A DNA stretch of 58,339 bases, filler included, from Circinaria calcarea (Eukaryota), in assembly GCA_051942165.1 (NCBI GenBank). It is 4 parts of 4 records of this genome, joined end to end, with 100 filler letters (N's around TTAATTAATTAA, not from the genome) between each part and the next. Parts side by side here need not be neighbours in the genome. Positions count along the whole stretch, not along the records: positions 14,630 to 29,148 come from JAVECS010000423.1; 3 more parts are not named here. One strand, written 5' to 3'. The position numbers and the translations under genes were made by a program. Below are positions 14,630-29,248 of this stretch, piece by piece. Below the pieces are notes generated by a model that was not told the origin of the DNA, ran no database searches, and worked only from the letters and a program-made list of their open reading frames with translations. Positions within the stretch are counted from its first letter, which is position 1, and each line of letters begins with the position of its first letter.

Positions 14630-17194
<2,565 letters not shown>

Positions 17195-17966
17195 GATGAT
17201 GCTGGGCTATCTTGGGTTATCTGGCAAAGACGCAACGACGATGGTATGTTGAAACAACTAAGAGTTTAACGAGATGACTGTAAGATGTACAGGCTTCGAC
17301 GACCAGAAGCTGTGGTGAACGCTCGATGAACGGCGGTGATGTTTGGAAGTCGGAGAGCTGGAAGGTGAGAGTGAGAGCTCTTACGGGCTACATTTTTCTA
17401 AATGCATGACGCTCTAAGCGAATCTTACACTAGCGTCAACCTTGTATCGACCACAGCTTCACAGAAGGTGGTAGAAGCCGCTGGTCCGATTTGAAATCCT
17501 TTTCGCCCTCAAAAGTGTCAAAGCGTGCAAAGGTGTCCTCTTTCACTTCCAGCCTCTGTCTGACGATAACTTGGACGATGACGTGGATGACGATGGCAGT
17601 TCCAGCTTTATGGTTACCTACTTGGTCATCTATCTAGAACACATCCACGCCTGCCTCCGCTAGTTTCAAGGGAATCCCGTAGTCTTGAATAGCCGACAGA
17701 AGGTGTCGAGCAGGCGAGTACTGATGTATACTTCACGGACCGTAATATAGCCACCGTTTAGGTGACATGGTATTTAGTAGCATCCCGTGGTGCCTTCATT
17801 TGGACATAAGAATGTGGCCTGAGAACGATGTTTGTGTTTCCCTTAACTATAGCAAAAACCAAAGTGTCAAACCAAAGTGTCAAAAGAACAGTCTCATCTG
17901 CAAGCCTCATAAGCTGGAAATCTCTCCCTGTAAGTCATTCTTCCTACCCTCAGACCTCACTCGAAA

Positions 17967-18476
17967 ATGGAGAACAACACCAATCGACCTCTACCCCTAT
18001 TGGCTTATAGCCTCGAGGATGAGGCGTTTTTACTCGATAAGTTTCGGAATCATCCGCATCATAAGAAATTCATTGCAGCCAAGATTGACGAATTTATCAA
18101 CTCGCCGGTCAAGCCCATGTTCATGTGTGGATACAGATAATATGTTGAGGCAATACGCCAGACAGGTACTCCTTTCAACACGATGGCGACTGCTATTCTC
18201 CGACAGTATCAACACTTCGAGATCAGCTATCTACCGTACTCGGCCATACTTCCGTCCGCGGACTCATCTCATTTTGTAGCCGGCTTGATCAAATTTGGCT
18301 TGGCAGAAGGCGATATCGTGCTCCATGACTCGCATGAAGGTCGGTACGAGCGTAAGCCGGTACAAGTAGAACTGGAGTTGGATACTAGGGAGAAGAGAAT
18401 GATCGATGCGGAAGCACACATCTGGCTATTGGCTTATAAAGGCTTGGTCCAGGTCATCAAGGACAATGCACGATAA
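17967..18476 (+). pseudogene. AIG2-like/gamma-glutamylcyclotransferase-fold gene with an in-frame stop
   Basis: One frame: MENNTNRPLP...PVKPMFMCGYR*YVEA...MATAILRQYQHFEISYLPYSAILPS...VAGLIKFGL...HEGRYERKPVQVEL...EAHIW. The pattern resembles GGCT/AIG2, with TAA at 18138-18140. Confidence 0.55.
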
Positions 18477-18949
18477 GGGGCCTCCCAAGGTTCCAGACAG
18501 CTTAACGATGGACAGGAAAGACCACTACAGCCAGTAACTAACATTAGAGAAATTCTCCTCCAAACTCCTGTACATGCATGACCTGCCTTGTATGCTCTAC
18601 CATTCCGCGATTGCAAAATAGTATTTTCTTGGATGAATGTTACTGCTTGTGAGTCGTTCACACTTTAGGCTGGTTTCACTCAGGCACAAATCAGCAGCGT
18701 GCGCAAATCCAAGCTGCTGCTTTATAAGGATACGATGAACATCTCGATAATTTGATGGAGGTAGTCCAGGAATGTTGGTCTTACGGTGAGAAAGATTTTG
18801 CCTTGTGCAGCTTACTTCTCACATTGCTGAGTTTGCGAGCTCCTTGTTCCGAGCTCCCTGTACCTTTTGCTGGCCGGCTTAAGGGGTTAAGATTCAGTTC
18901 CAACAGAGTTAATTGTTAATGAGTGAGCCTTATGGATTAACCACCTCTG

Positions 18950-20450
18950 GGGAATACTCTACAGCTTGAACCAGTCTATTGCAATAACCTCTTGCAGTCA
19001 TGATACAGCACTACTGGTTACCCGGTTCGACATGGATTCTATTGATCATGACACCTTTCGCCCGGCATTCGTTTAAATTCGTTAACCCTTGAGCTGTTCG
19101 CAGATCATGTTGCCAACACTAGGCAGATTTAGACTGACGTTTGCAAAATCACCGCCCGATCCAACGATAGGAAGGTCCTCGATTTTGAGATATATACGGC
19201 AGATAAGCTTTGATGGTAAAGTATGGTTGTCGCCCCCTATAGTGGTAGAGAATACCTTGGGCTGACTCTGTAGCTTCTGCTCTCCAATGAAAAATTCTAG
19301 CGGCGTGGGTCATGGTTCAGTCATAAGAAGTTCGTTTCACTACCTATCTACGTGTAAATATGACTTGTCGTTGATGGAGTCCAAGATTGAATTTAGGTCA
19401 TTCAGCAGGCTCGTGTTGAAATCAAATCTACTAAAAGCTTCCAGGCTTTTTGAATCTTCCGGCTTTCGATTCTTCCCGGCGGACTTCGCAAAAGGACTTG
19501 GCGATATCTACTCTTTGCCAATTTTGCAAGTCCAATTTCTTTACGAGACCCTGTTATTATCTTCGCGTCCATATTTTAAACGTGCCACATGGGGTATAAC
19601 GAAGCCTGACATGATCTATGGTTGGAGAACTACTGGATCACTGTGAGGAAACTTGGAATATTCCAATGCCATGTACCTTGACGAGAAGCGACACCTGTCT
19701 AGAACCGTTCTTGCCTTCCTGTAGGGCCGAACGTGGTCAATCGTCGATACTCAATCTCTCGCTAATTGCGGCGACCTTCAAGGAATCTGTAAGGGAGAGT
19801 GTAGCTGTCCTGCTATGCAAGCCTTACTCTTGAAGCCCTGGATCGGTTAGAGGGGTAATTCAAGCCATCGTCGAAGGAACGCGTTCAGACAGCCATGCCC
19901 GCAATCTTGAACAACTTATACTGACACCAGTCGCCACGTACCCGGAAACCTGTGAACTTATGGCAGTTTTGTAAATGAGTGGGAAAAGCTTCTGTGAATC
20001 CGAAGATTCCTTTAAAGTCCATAATATGTACACTCTGGGCATCGAGCTCGGTCTACACGCTTTGGAGACCGCCCGAAGGGTGTATTCTCTCGCATACGAT
20101 ACTGGCTAGGAAAAAGAGTTGATAACTCTCTGCATAAACATGATGATCAACCGCGCTTCTGCGTACTTGATGGCTGAGGATTTCGATGCAGTCTCACCAT
20201 CGGTCACATTGGCCATAATCTTTCCAATATCCGAGACGCAGTAAAGGCGCGAGCTTACTACCGTCGAGACCCCGCCTATTTCGGGATGAACGGATCTGAA
20301 GGCGTCTCAAGAATTCTTCTACACTCTTGATATCTACCCGTGGGATATTACCCTCAATGAGAATGTCGCCGTAATAGAAAATCGGTTTCGGTACCAAGAT
20401 TGCCCAGACGATGCTTCCCATCTCCAAGATATTATTCGGTAGCGTTTATA
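18950..20450 (-). pseudogene. Heavily decayed gene, possibly the C-terminal half of a fungal HSPA12-like Hsp70
   Basis: Coding-like frames broken by many TAG/TAA stops. Fragments GYVATGVSISCSRLRAWLSER, VARLKYG and DSINDKSYLHVDR (followed by a GT..AG intron) loosely match this family. Boundaries are approximate. Confidence 0.3.
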
Positions 20451-21192
20451 GCTGGGAGTGGAGGGCTGATCCACGTTTGGTCTTTGGACCCAATGGTTGG
20501 GCCTTGAAAGCTCTTTCTTGGCTTGATGAGACTGAGTTACGTTAGAAGGCAGGTGCCGAGCCGGCAGATGGGGATCTTATAAGCTCCGTTTTGCTTCGTC
20601 ACACTATGGTTGCAAATGATACCTGTATGGATTGAGAGACTAAGAAGGTGATGCCTCGATCAGGCTGGCAACGACAGTACAAGTGTCTTTCTACAAACTA
20701 CATCACACCAATATGACGCCTCTCTTGTCGGTATGTGCTTCATGGTTTTATTTTAACTATACTATTAATTTTACTACCCTTGTAGTACCGTGTAATCTCC
20801 TGCAGCCTTTCTATATATTTTCTAACCCACCCGGCCCAATATGTAGTGTCATGCACCGAGCTTGTCTCCGTCGTAGATCGTTAAGGATTCGCTAAAGGGT
20901 TTATCATGCCTACAGATCTGTATCTCATTTTTGAGTTGGTAGGTTAAAAGGCCTAAGAGACGAAAATCATTCACTTCGAAATTCGGCGCTAAAGGCGGCT
21001 CGGCTCGCTTAAAGTGTTATTCGGAGGTCCAGCGTTTTTAAGATATATTCAACATCAAACTCGCATCTTCCACTGCTGCTGTTGATTACCAATCTCAAAT
21101 CCGTCATTACGGGCTTTCTTTTTCAAGTCAGCACGTCAACGCTGGCTCGGGTAGTTTTTGCATTCCCGTCCATAGTTGGAGAAGTCACCATC

Positions 21193-22720
21193 ATGGAGCC
21201 TGAAGCCATGATGAGATTGTTACGCAGCCTGCAGATTGAAAAGTTGGAGCTAATCATTCAGAACGGCCATGCCGTTCCTGAGACACATTCCATCGTGCCT
21301 CGCAAAATCCCCAAGGTACAAACCAGAGGCCCAGTCCATAACGAGTTACCGAATTTGCCTAGCTAATCGATCATCACAGCTACTGCCTTATCCGAAGACT
21401 TTTACCAAAATCTTCCCTTTTCTCGAACTTCCCGCAGAAATACGTGTCAGAATCTACCGCTTTATGCTACTTGAGGAACATGTCCGGAATTCGGAGCCGA
21501 ATCCAAGATATGAGCTCTCGCCTCTTGAGAGCGAACCATTTTCTGAGCCAAACCCAGATTATGAACTATCCTCTTGGGAGAGCGAACCATTTGCGGGACG
21601 ATTCTTCAACGATATACCACATACCCAGAATATCAGATGCCAGAATAATACCCTTGATACCTTCCATATGCAAACAAATATTCTATTGGTGAATCGGCAA
21701 ATCTATTCAGAGGCTATTAGTATCTTCAGCAAGAACGAGTGGATTCGAATCGAAACAGATCTCAATGAATTATCCACCAATCTCAAAGATAACGGATATG
21801 CCATTGTTTGCGATTCAATCCCCTTTTCCCAATCCGTCTCATACCCAGTTCTGTACCTCTCCCTAGAATTTACCGCTACTTAGGGACCTTTAATTAGCAC
21901 CGATGTATTTATGGTGACCAGAACCGATCTAAAACTGTTGCTGCGCGCAGTAAGTACCATCAGAGATCTGGATGAGGTGGCTCTGGATATCAAACTACTT
22001 GCGACCGCTGCAGTGGCGCCTATTCTAGAAGCTGAAGCACTCTCGCCTTTCTTCCCCATTCGCGGATTTGGAGCAGTAAGGGTGCAAGGGCTATGCCATG
22101 AAAAGAGACTCATTACAGACCTTCCAGCAAGGATGATGCACCAATGGTCGTTCTATTACATCTTAGCCGAAAGCAAATCGTTAATCGCTCGCGGCACCGA
22201 AGCCTATCTGGCATCAGATTGGGCGGGAGCCAGCGAAGTTCTGGAAGCGTTATTAACTCTGTTCTGCGATTTTCAGAGATCATCGCCAGAACTTGCCAGT
22301 GATATGAGTATTGGGCCCAGGCTGAAATTTGCAACTAGACAAATGGCCATATATCTAGGAGGGGCCAAATGTATGCTCGACGATTTCCAAAGTGCAATCA
22401 AGTACACGACATACGCGATGAGTCTGTGTCCAATGCCTTTGGACATAAGGGCTTTGGCGTTGCTCTGGCGCGGGCGGGCTTACCTTCGATCGAGGCGATA
22501 TCAGAAAAGTGCGAGGGACCTTCTTGATGCTTCTTACCTCATGCCTGAAAACCAAGAATTACAGCACAGCCTTACCCACCTCGAGCAGGCCCTAGACAAT
22601 GACCCAAAGAAAGCCCAAGATGCCTTTGTGGCGATGGTTATCACCATTCAGCAGGAGAAAAAGGATGAGAAGAAGGCACAGGAAAAGAGACTTGCTGAGT
22701 TGATAGCAGCACGAGGATGA
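21193..22720 (+). pseudogene. F-box-like (FPFLELPAEIR) + TPR protein with a single in-frame TAG
   Basis: Exon 1 MEPEAMMRLL...KIPK, then a GT..CAG intron. ORFs 21269-21883 and 21911-22720 are in the same frame, separated only by TAG at 21881-21883. The C-terminus has TPR-like ALALLWRGRAYL...ARDLLDASYLMPENQEL. Confidence 0.65.
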
Positions 22721-23448
22721 GTGGAGATTGGTAGAGCAAGTATCAATCAACGGGGCTTGTTTGTAATTGGGACAGCAAGAAATGCTGTGCTGCTGGAACC
22801 CAAACCAGAGGGAAAGTTGTTGCGTGCTTGTTATCACAATGACGAAGCGTCAAGTCATGATCTTCCATATTCATTCTGCAAGTGATGATCATTACAAGAC
22901 CCTTTAGCCAGCTGTTTAACTCTTACGCCTTCGACTCATATGCTGAATTCTCGATAAGCTCGCTTAGGTACAGCCACTTTTCCATCACACGCCCTAAACG
23001 AGAGATCAATCGGATTGCCATTCCTGTCCTAGAACTATCCGTCCTCACTGATCTCTTTTATTTATGGGGTAAATGAATGTTAGAAATGTGCAAGACTAGC
23101 ATTGTCACGTACTGAAGGCGGGCTCCCGCTAAACATATGGCCACTAGGGCTGCGAGGGCCGAGCAGCCTGCCGTCAGGGGTGGCCTGGGGCTAAACCCAT
23201 AACAAGCACAAAGGAGTCGCATTGACATTTAGTATGCATTTTCTCGTGACCCATACATTCTAGAAAGAGGAAGGAAGGAACAAATGTGGGCATAGCCCCC
23301 CAATATAATCGTAATGACAGTAGTGTTTCGCGCGTAAAATATATGTTAGTGAACCCCTATGGACCCTAAGTTGCTCTAAGCGAGCCGTGTGTGCGGCTAA
23401 GACCAAACTCCAGGAAGCTCGAATCGGTCCCAACACCCCACTCCCTTT

Positions 23449-24339
23449 CTAATCGAAGATCTCATGGGAGATTTTCACCGTGCCGGTTTCCTCGCCCCAT
23501 ACTTCTTCGCCCACGATGGTGCCATTCTGATCTTTGGAGAGCCATAGCCGCTCCACTCCATCCTCGCCCATGAACTTGCGGAATGGCTTCTTGCCGGCAA
23601 CGCCAACCTCGCGGGTGAAGAATGCCTCGTCGTCACGGCGGTTTTTGGCGTTGACAAAGGCACCGTTGAAGAGCCTGAACTCGCCTCCGTCGTTGACGCA
23701 GTTCTGAGCGTTGTCGCAGAATGCTCTGGATAAAGTCAGAATTGGTTTTTCGACAGATGTGGATTTTTCTCTTCGATGGTAGTGTTTTCGTCATTTTGAT
23801 GTGAAATGTCAAAACAAGATGGCCGGGATGGGGAAGAGAAGGCTCGTCAATGATAATCACTTACGCTCCAGCATAGTTTCGGAGGACAATGCCAAACTGG
23901 TCGCCGTTGTTCAATCCACTATAAAAGGACCCCAGCTGACCTCCTTCACCTTTATAGTGGAATCACAATCATTAGCTTCCAACTTTGACAAGTGAACGGA
24001 AATTATAGGATACTTACTGCTGTTCTCCGTGCTGTCCACACATCGAAGAGTGGCTCCTGCTCCGCCCTGTGTGACGCTGGCGAAGGGAAACTCGTCGCAA
24101 GAGTTCCCGAACCGACCGTAGCCTGTGTTGGAGCAAGGCGTCCGGTTACATCCCGAGGCGGTACGGCGAGGCCCGCGATTCGCCATATTGCTATCATAAT
24201 TGAATGGCAATGGAGTACCTCTGCAGTTCACACGGAAGCAGGCGTTGTTGCACGGAGCAAGGGAGTTCATGCAGTTCCATTCGAAGTTCACCGCCGTCAC
24301 CACGCTGCTAAGAGCTAAAAGGGAGAAAGAGAGCATCAT
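23449..24339 (-). CDS. Secreted NucA/NucB-type (His-Me finger) deoxyribonuclease, 2 introns
   Basis: Signal peptide and Cys-rich CNNAC...RRTASGC...SCDEFPFASVTQGGAGATLRCVDSTENSS|EGGQL motif. Later exons end at TAG 23449-23451. Confidence 0.85.
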
Positions 24340-24440
24340 TTTTATATATATGGCGGATGAAGGTTCTGGTTGCTAAAGTGGGCTTTCCTGAGAGGACTTC
24401 TTGTTGCTCAAAGATAACCTTCAGTTGGGGACTTCAAGGG

Positions 24441-24450
24441 GTTTATATAC
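24441..24450 (-). promoter_or_regulatory. Putative TATA box of the nuclease gene
   Basis: Minus-strand GTATATAAAC about 100 bp upstream of the ATG. Confidence 0.5.
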
Positions 24451-24454
24451 CTGC

Positions 24455-24767
24455 AAAGCCATAGGAGTAATATGACGATCGTCTTCACAATATCGGCCAT
24501 AAGCTCATATGATCCGTAACACAGCTGCGAGTTCCTTGTATGTATGTGATCCTGCCTGACAGTACGGCAAAGCCATAAGGAGTAATAGACGAATCGGACT
24601 TATAATATCAGCCATAAGCTCTTAGGATCCGTGGCACAGGTGCGAGTTCCTTGTATATAATCCTGTCTGACAGTACGACAAAGCCATAAGAAAGGATCCG
24701 TGGCAGAGCTGCGAGCTCCTTGTACGTAATCCTATCCGACATTATGGTAAAAGCCAGAAAAGTAATA
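24455..24767. repeat. Degenerate tandem repeat, about 110-bp unit, about 2.7 copies
   Basis: Units start AAAGCCA at 24455, 24569, 24680 and about 24750. They share GATCCGT..CA.AG.TGCGAG.TCCTTGTA...ATCCT...GACA.TA. Confidence 0.9.
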
Positions 24768-26133
24768 AACCAATCGCATTTGAAATGTCAGCCAAGAGCC
24801 TATAGGCTCCGCGGAGAAAGCTGCAGAGTTCTTGTTCCGTAGAAGTTTAATCATCATACCCGATAATACGGCAAGTATAGTGTAGAACAGTCTTGGCTTT
24901 AGAATAAGGTTTAATAGAATCAAACGTAAGAAAACCTTAATATTACCAACCCCCTTTTATATAGGGCGAATTTTGTGTGCTGTCCCCGCCAATTAATATT
25001 AAAATTGCTTCATAATCGGCTGATGTATAGATTTTAATTGAAAGCAGTATGAATTTGCATGTCTCAGCGCCATATAGCAAACTCGATAGCAATTGTGCTT
25101 CCTCGGTACAGTTAGCATATAACAATTATTATTCATAGTAGATAGCTAACCGTATATGCAGTTTTAACAAACAGTAAGCCGAAGCTTATGATGTTATGAT
25201 AGTAGAGCAGCGTACGGGTTAGTCTGCTTTGAAATTCGCTGATACAAAATACAGAAGGCGAAAAGACAAAGGCGCCGGAAAGAATCAATAAAACCTGCAT
25301 ATTATTCCTTAGGTTGCACGCGGCACACACGACTGAAACCCTCGGAGGCATTTAATGTTGTCGAGCAATCAAATAAAAGACCCCATCTCCATCATCTATA
25401 AAGGCCTTGGCATCCGCCTAATCGCGTGATGTCAGGTATGGAGTGGCCCGCTGAAGGAATGAACTCTGGCCAGTGCCATACACCATCAAGCGGGGGCTGA
25501 CTAGTAACTTTACATTGCCCCTTCTGCAGAACCCGCAGTCGAATCCTTCCGCTCCATGTGTCCCTGTGATGCAGAAAGCTCCCCGCATACATGTAGCCAT
25601 CAAGTGTTCCTTGCTGGTGGAGAAAAAAAACTTGTTCCTTTTGGCAATAAGCGGTGAGTAATACGGAGGTGTGCGTGCCCGGCTCCTGGTCCCTTGTTTG
25701 CTACCGTGTTGTTTGCGTGATCTGGGACGTCCTTGGAGATGGAGTTCCGATGTAATCAATTGCCTTGGAAAGGTGCTGTGAAATAGCGAGAATGCAACGA
25801 ATTCCTACTGGACCCTGAACCACTTCATGGGCACCCTCTACTAGCAAGTGTGGTAACACACTCCAACATAGGTAACCTTATAGGTCCCCTTATGCCGAGT
25901 CCACAAGGGAGAATAATTGCCACGTAATCATCATTGTTCCTTATATGACGTTAAGTGTCTGGCAAAAGCATAGCACTTGTATAACAAGCAAGTAACAAGT
26001 TTCATACATTGCTCATACCAGTCACAGTTACCTGATTGCTTATACCAGTTACCTTGTTTTCGTGCCTCAACAGACCGGAAACTGACCATCAATTCTTGAT
26101 TCATTCTCACTCTACTCCGTTTCTCCTGCAAGC

Positions 26134-26779
26134 ATGTGTGAGAGTCTCATCCCCCTCTTTTGCATTGCAGAAGTCCCAGCAGAAGTGAGTCCCCGTCCTT
26201 TCCACTATATTAAACAGCTGCTTCGATTGCTCATCTGTCGGCTGACGATCAAACTACAAGACCTTATCAAGCGTCATCCAGACAGCTTACGCTGGCGGTC
26301 CTGACTCGCCGCCTAGCCTTTTCCTTGTCCCCGAACCTGGCCTCCTCACCGACCTTCGTACTGCCCAACCAACACATCCCCCCATCACAAATATCTCCAG
26401 CTATCCCTTTCTCGCTCACTCGGTCCACGACCTAGCCGCCTTCCTCGACTCCAACAATCCAGGATCAGCCATCTCGTCACATCAGTTTCTCATCGCAGAC
26501 CAGCAAACAAATGAAGATAACAGTTTGTTGTTTGTAGATCGCGGGTATGAGCCTGGTACGACGCCCCAGACGGTGCGATTGGACGCTGCACATGCGAATG
26601 CGGTTCCGGTTGCAGTTCAGGTCGCCACAATGGACATGAACGGGGTTCGAGTTCTGGTCGATGAAGATGGCGTTTTCAGAGGAGGTGCTTCTCGTCCAGC
26701 CGCCAGAAAGGGAGGACCGGCGCCAGAAAAACCACTTGGGGGAGAGAATAGGAGTGCCTCGGGAGGAGTTTCGGGGTGA
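26134..26779 (+). CDS. Small hypothetical protein (DUF6924-like), 1 intron
   Basis: MCESLIPLFCIAEVPAE, then a GTGAGT...GCTGAC...AG intron, then TLSSVIQ...FLIADQQTNEDNSLLFVD...VRLDAAHANAVPVAVQVATMD, open to TGA at 26779. Confidence 0.65.
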
Positions 26780-28289
26780 GCGTAGTGATTAAAGGGGGTG
26801 GGGGAATAGGTTTTTGTATGAAATACTAGCATTTAAAATAATTTATAACCGCTCCCCACCCAAGAAAGCTGCAATCCCTCACCATCGCTTCATCTCCATT
26901 TTCTTTTTAAAAAACGGCGCGGGAAAACGAATCTCTCTCGCCTTCTCACCAGGGAAGAAGAAGCCCGAGACAGTTCTTCCATATCGACCGCCTCCTCCCT
27001 TATCCTACTCCAATCCCCCGGCCCCCAAAATCCCATCCTATTCAAACGCAATCTCTAATTAAAAACCCCATGGACCCATTCAATCCATCTCTTCTATCTG
27101 AAATGATCCCAGAACCAGATCTGGGACTGGAATTGGAAAATCTAGAAGTCGAGGACTCAAACTCGTGTGCAGTTCATAGGCGTGGGTGTGGGTGTGGTGG
27201 GTTCAATTCCTCCCCATTCCCCCCATCCCTACAGCCCTCTTCACTTCACATCCATCCGTCCATCCATCCATCCCTCTCCAAAAGAACCTAACCCACTGCG
27301 AAAAGACCATCTCCTTCGAAGTTCGACACGAGGTAGTAGGCAGATGTAATTTAGTATGGATTTTCGTTTCTCGATACACAGATACGTCCCGGGACATAAG
27401 GGAGTCTTACCGGGGGAGGGGGAATGTGCAGGAGGTTGGAATACTGCATAGTAAAATGGCAGGGAATTTCGGGGGGAAGAAAGGAGATCCTACTAACAAA
27501 AGAAACGGGGCGCCGTTAAATCTCGCGGGTCCCTAAAGCTAGAGCTAACACTAGCACTCGAGCTCGAGCTCGGGCTCCGGTGAAAAAGCTGCCCAAAAAA
27601 GCCGTCTCGGCAAACAGCAAACAAAAAACCAAGAGCTCCGAAAGGAAGCTTCAAAGCTTACGGTAAAAAACCCCCATCAAAACCCCCACATAATAAAAAT
27701 ATTATCAATAACAGCCAACCTCCACGTCAAACAATCTGTCTTTAGGAAACGGAAGGTGATAGGCCAAGTCAGCATAGGTACAGAATTAAATAACTTTTAT
27801 TCTAGGATGTACCGTATAGTACCCTCGAATATACTGTATGGTACTGTAGCAATTTCCAAAAAAAAAATTTCCGCGCACCCGAGCTAGATTCTTTTACGTG
27901 GAGGTGGAGGGTTTTTTACCTACTGTAATTTTGGGAGGAAATAATACTAGAGTTGGCCTCCATTATTTCGCCCCCCACGCTCCTGCGAATAATCCGGGTC
28001 CCCGGGCCCGGGGGGGGGGGAGAGTGGTTTCTAGAGAATAGGATATACCGGCGAGCAGACGAGAAGACGAGCAAAGTTCCAACGCGCCCTTTGATTTCTA
28101 CACAGAAACAATGTGGTCTCCGGAAGTTTTACTGGGGGGAATTGATGTTCATGTGCCACCTGGGTCCTGCGATAGATAGATGGAGCTCATTGGGTGTGGT
28201 CAAATCGTGAATACTTGGGAATATACATACACCCTTCACCACCTCTCCTCTCCGCTTTTCCTCTTCCTACACACAATCAAGCACACAAA

Positions 28290-29112
28290 TCAAGCACATC
28301 CTCTCCAAGCCTCACCGATCCCCATCGCCCCGGCAACGACACCCAAAGCCCCTACCTGCGCCTCACTCAGTAGTCCCCCCTCCAAGCTCCAATGCACAGT
28401 CATGGGCGCATACGCCAGGTTCACAACCAGTTCCCGCCACCATTGCCTCTCCTCCGCTGCCCTCACCTCCCTGGCGATCTTCTCTTCTTTCTCTTCCAAC
28501 ACCCCTTCTCCTTGCCGGGAGACTCGCTCCCTCTGCTCCCGCTCCCGCCTCAACGCCCTCACCCTAGCCAACCTCCCTAAATCCAAGCACACGTGTACCA
28601 TCCAAAACCTTGAACTCCACGCATACCATCTCTCTACCCTACCTCCCTGCGCGGACAGAACCCCATGCTCGGCCAAATAGGCCCCGTTTTCCAGGAACTG
28701 ATACGCCGCATTTGCTGCTACCTGCGCCCACGCAATCGCCCTGAGTACACCATCCCTCGGCGGCTGCTTCCACGTCCGAACAGCCCAGGCCCAGATCCCG
28801 CAAAGACCCCAGAGTCGCAGGAAGAGGCGGACGTCGTCGATGAGAGCGGCAAGGGCTTTTATGGAGGTTGTGAAACGGAGGAGACGCGAGTGTGGGGCGG
28901 AGGTGGGAAGGATGGCGGTGAGAATTTTCTGAGTAGGGTCGGCGGGGACGAGGATAGCGTTTTCGCTAATGGAGGCATTTGCGGTTAGTTTTCCCGCTGT
29001 AAGAAGGACGGGGCGGCGAGCTGTGAGGCGGGAGAGCTGGGAGTGGAGGAGGTGGAGGGTGTAGGTTAGCGTAAGGAGGGTTGTGTCGAGGGTGGAGGTT
29101 TGGGCGAGAAGT
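28290..29112 (-). CDS. PEX11C: Peroxin 11C (Pex11 family), last exon; 5' exon lost in the gap
   Basis: Open frame ...LDTTLLTLTYT...IDDVRLFLRLWGL...YQFLENGAYLAEHGVL...WSSRFWMVHVCLDL...VNLAYAPMTVHWSLEGG, preceded by an ACTAAC...AAG acceptor. Confidence 0.85.
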
Positions 29113-29148
29113 CTTTTCGTCGCGCGGGAATTTGTTAGTGGGGAGGGG

Positions 29149-29248
29149 NNNNNNNNNNNNNNNNNNNNNNNNNNNNNNNNNNNNNNNNNNNNTTAATTAA
29201 TTAANNNNNNNNNNNNNNNNNNNNNNNNNNNNNNNNNNNNNNNNNNNN
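29149..29248. other. Assembly spacer
   Basis: N44-TTAATTAATTAA-N44. Confidence 0.97.

Noticed and set aside
24455..24767. Repeat array next to a nuclease as a CRISPR-like system
   Set aside because: The units are contiguous degenerate tandem copies with no unique spacers, and the nuclease has a secretion signal.
26800..28250. Short ORFs in homopolymer-rich DNA (also 43860-45550)
   Set aside because: Low complexity with no recognisable domains. Probably intergenic DNA or lower-quality sequence near contig ends.
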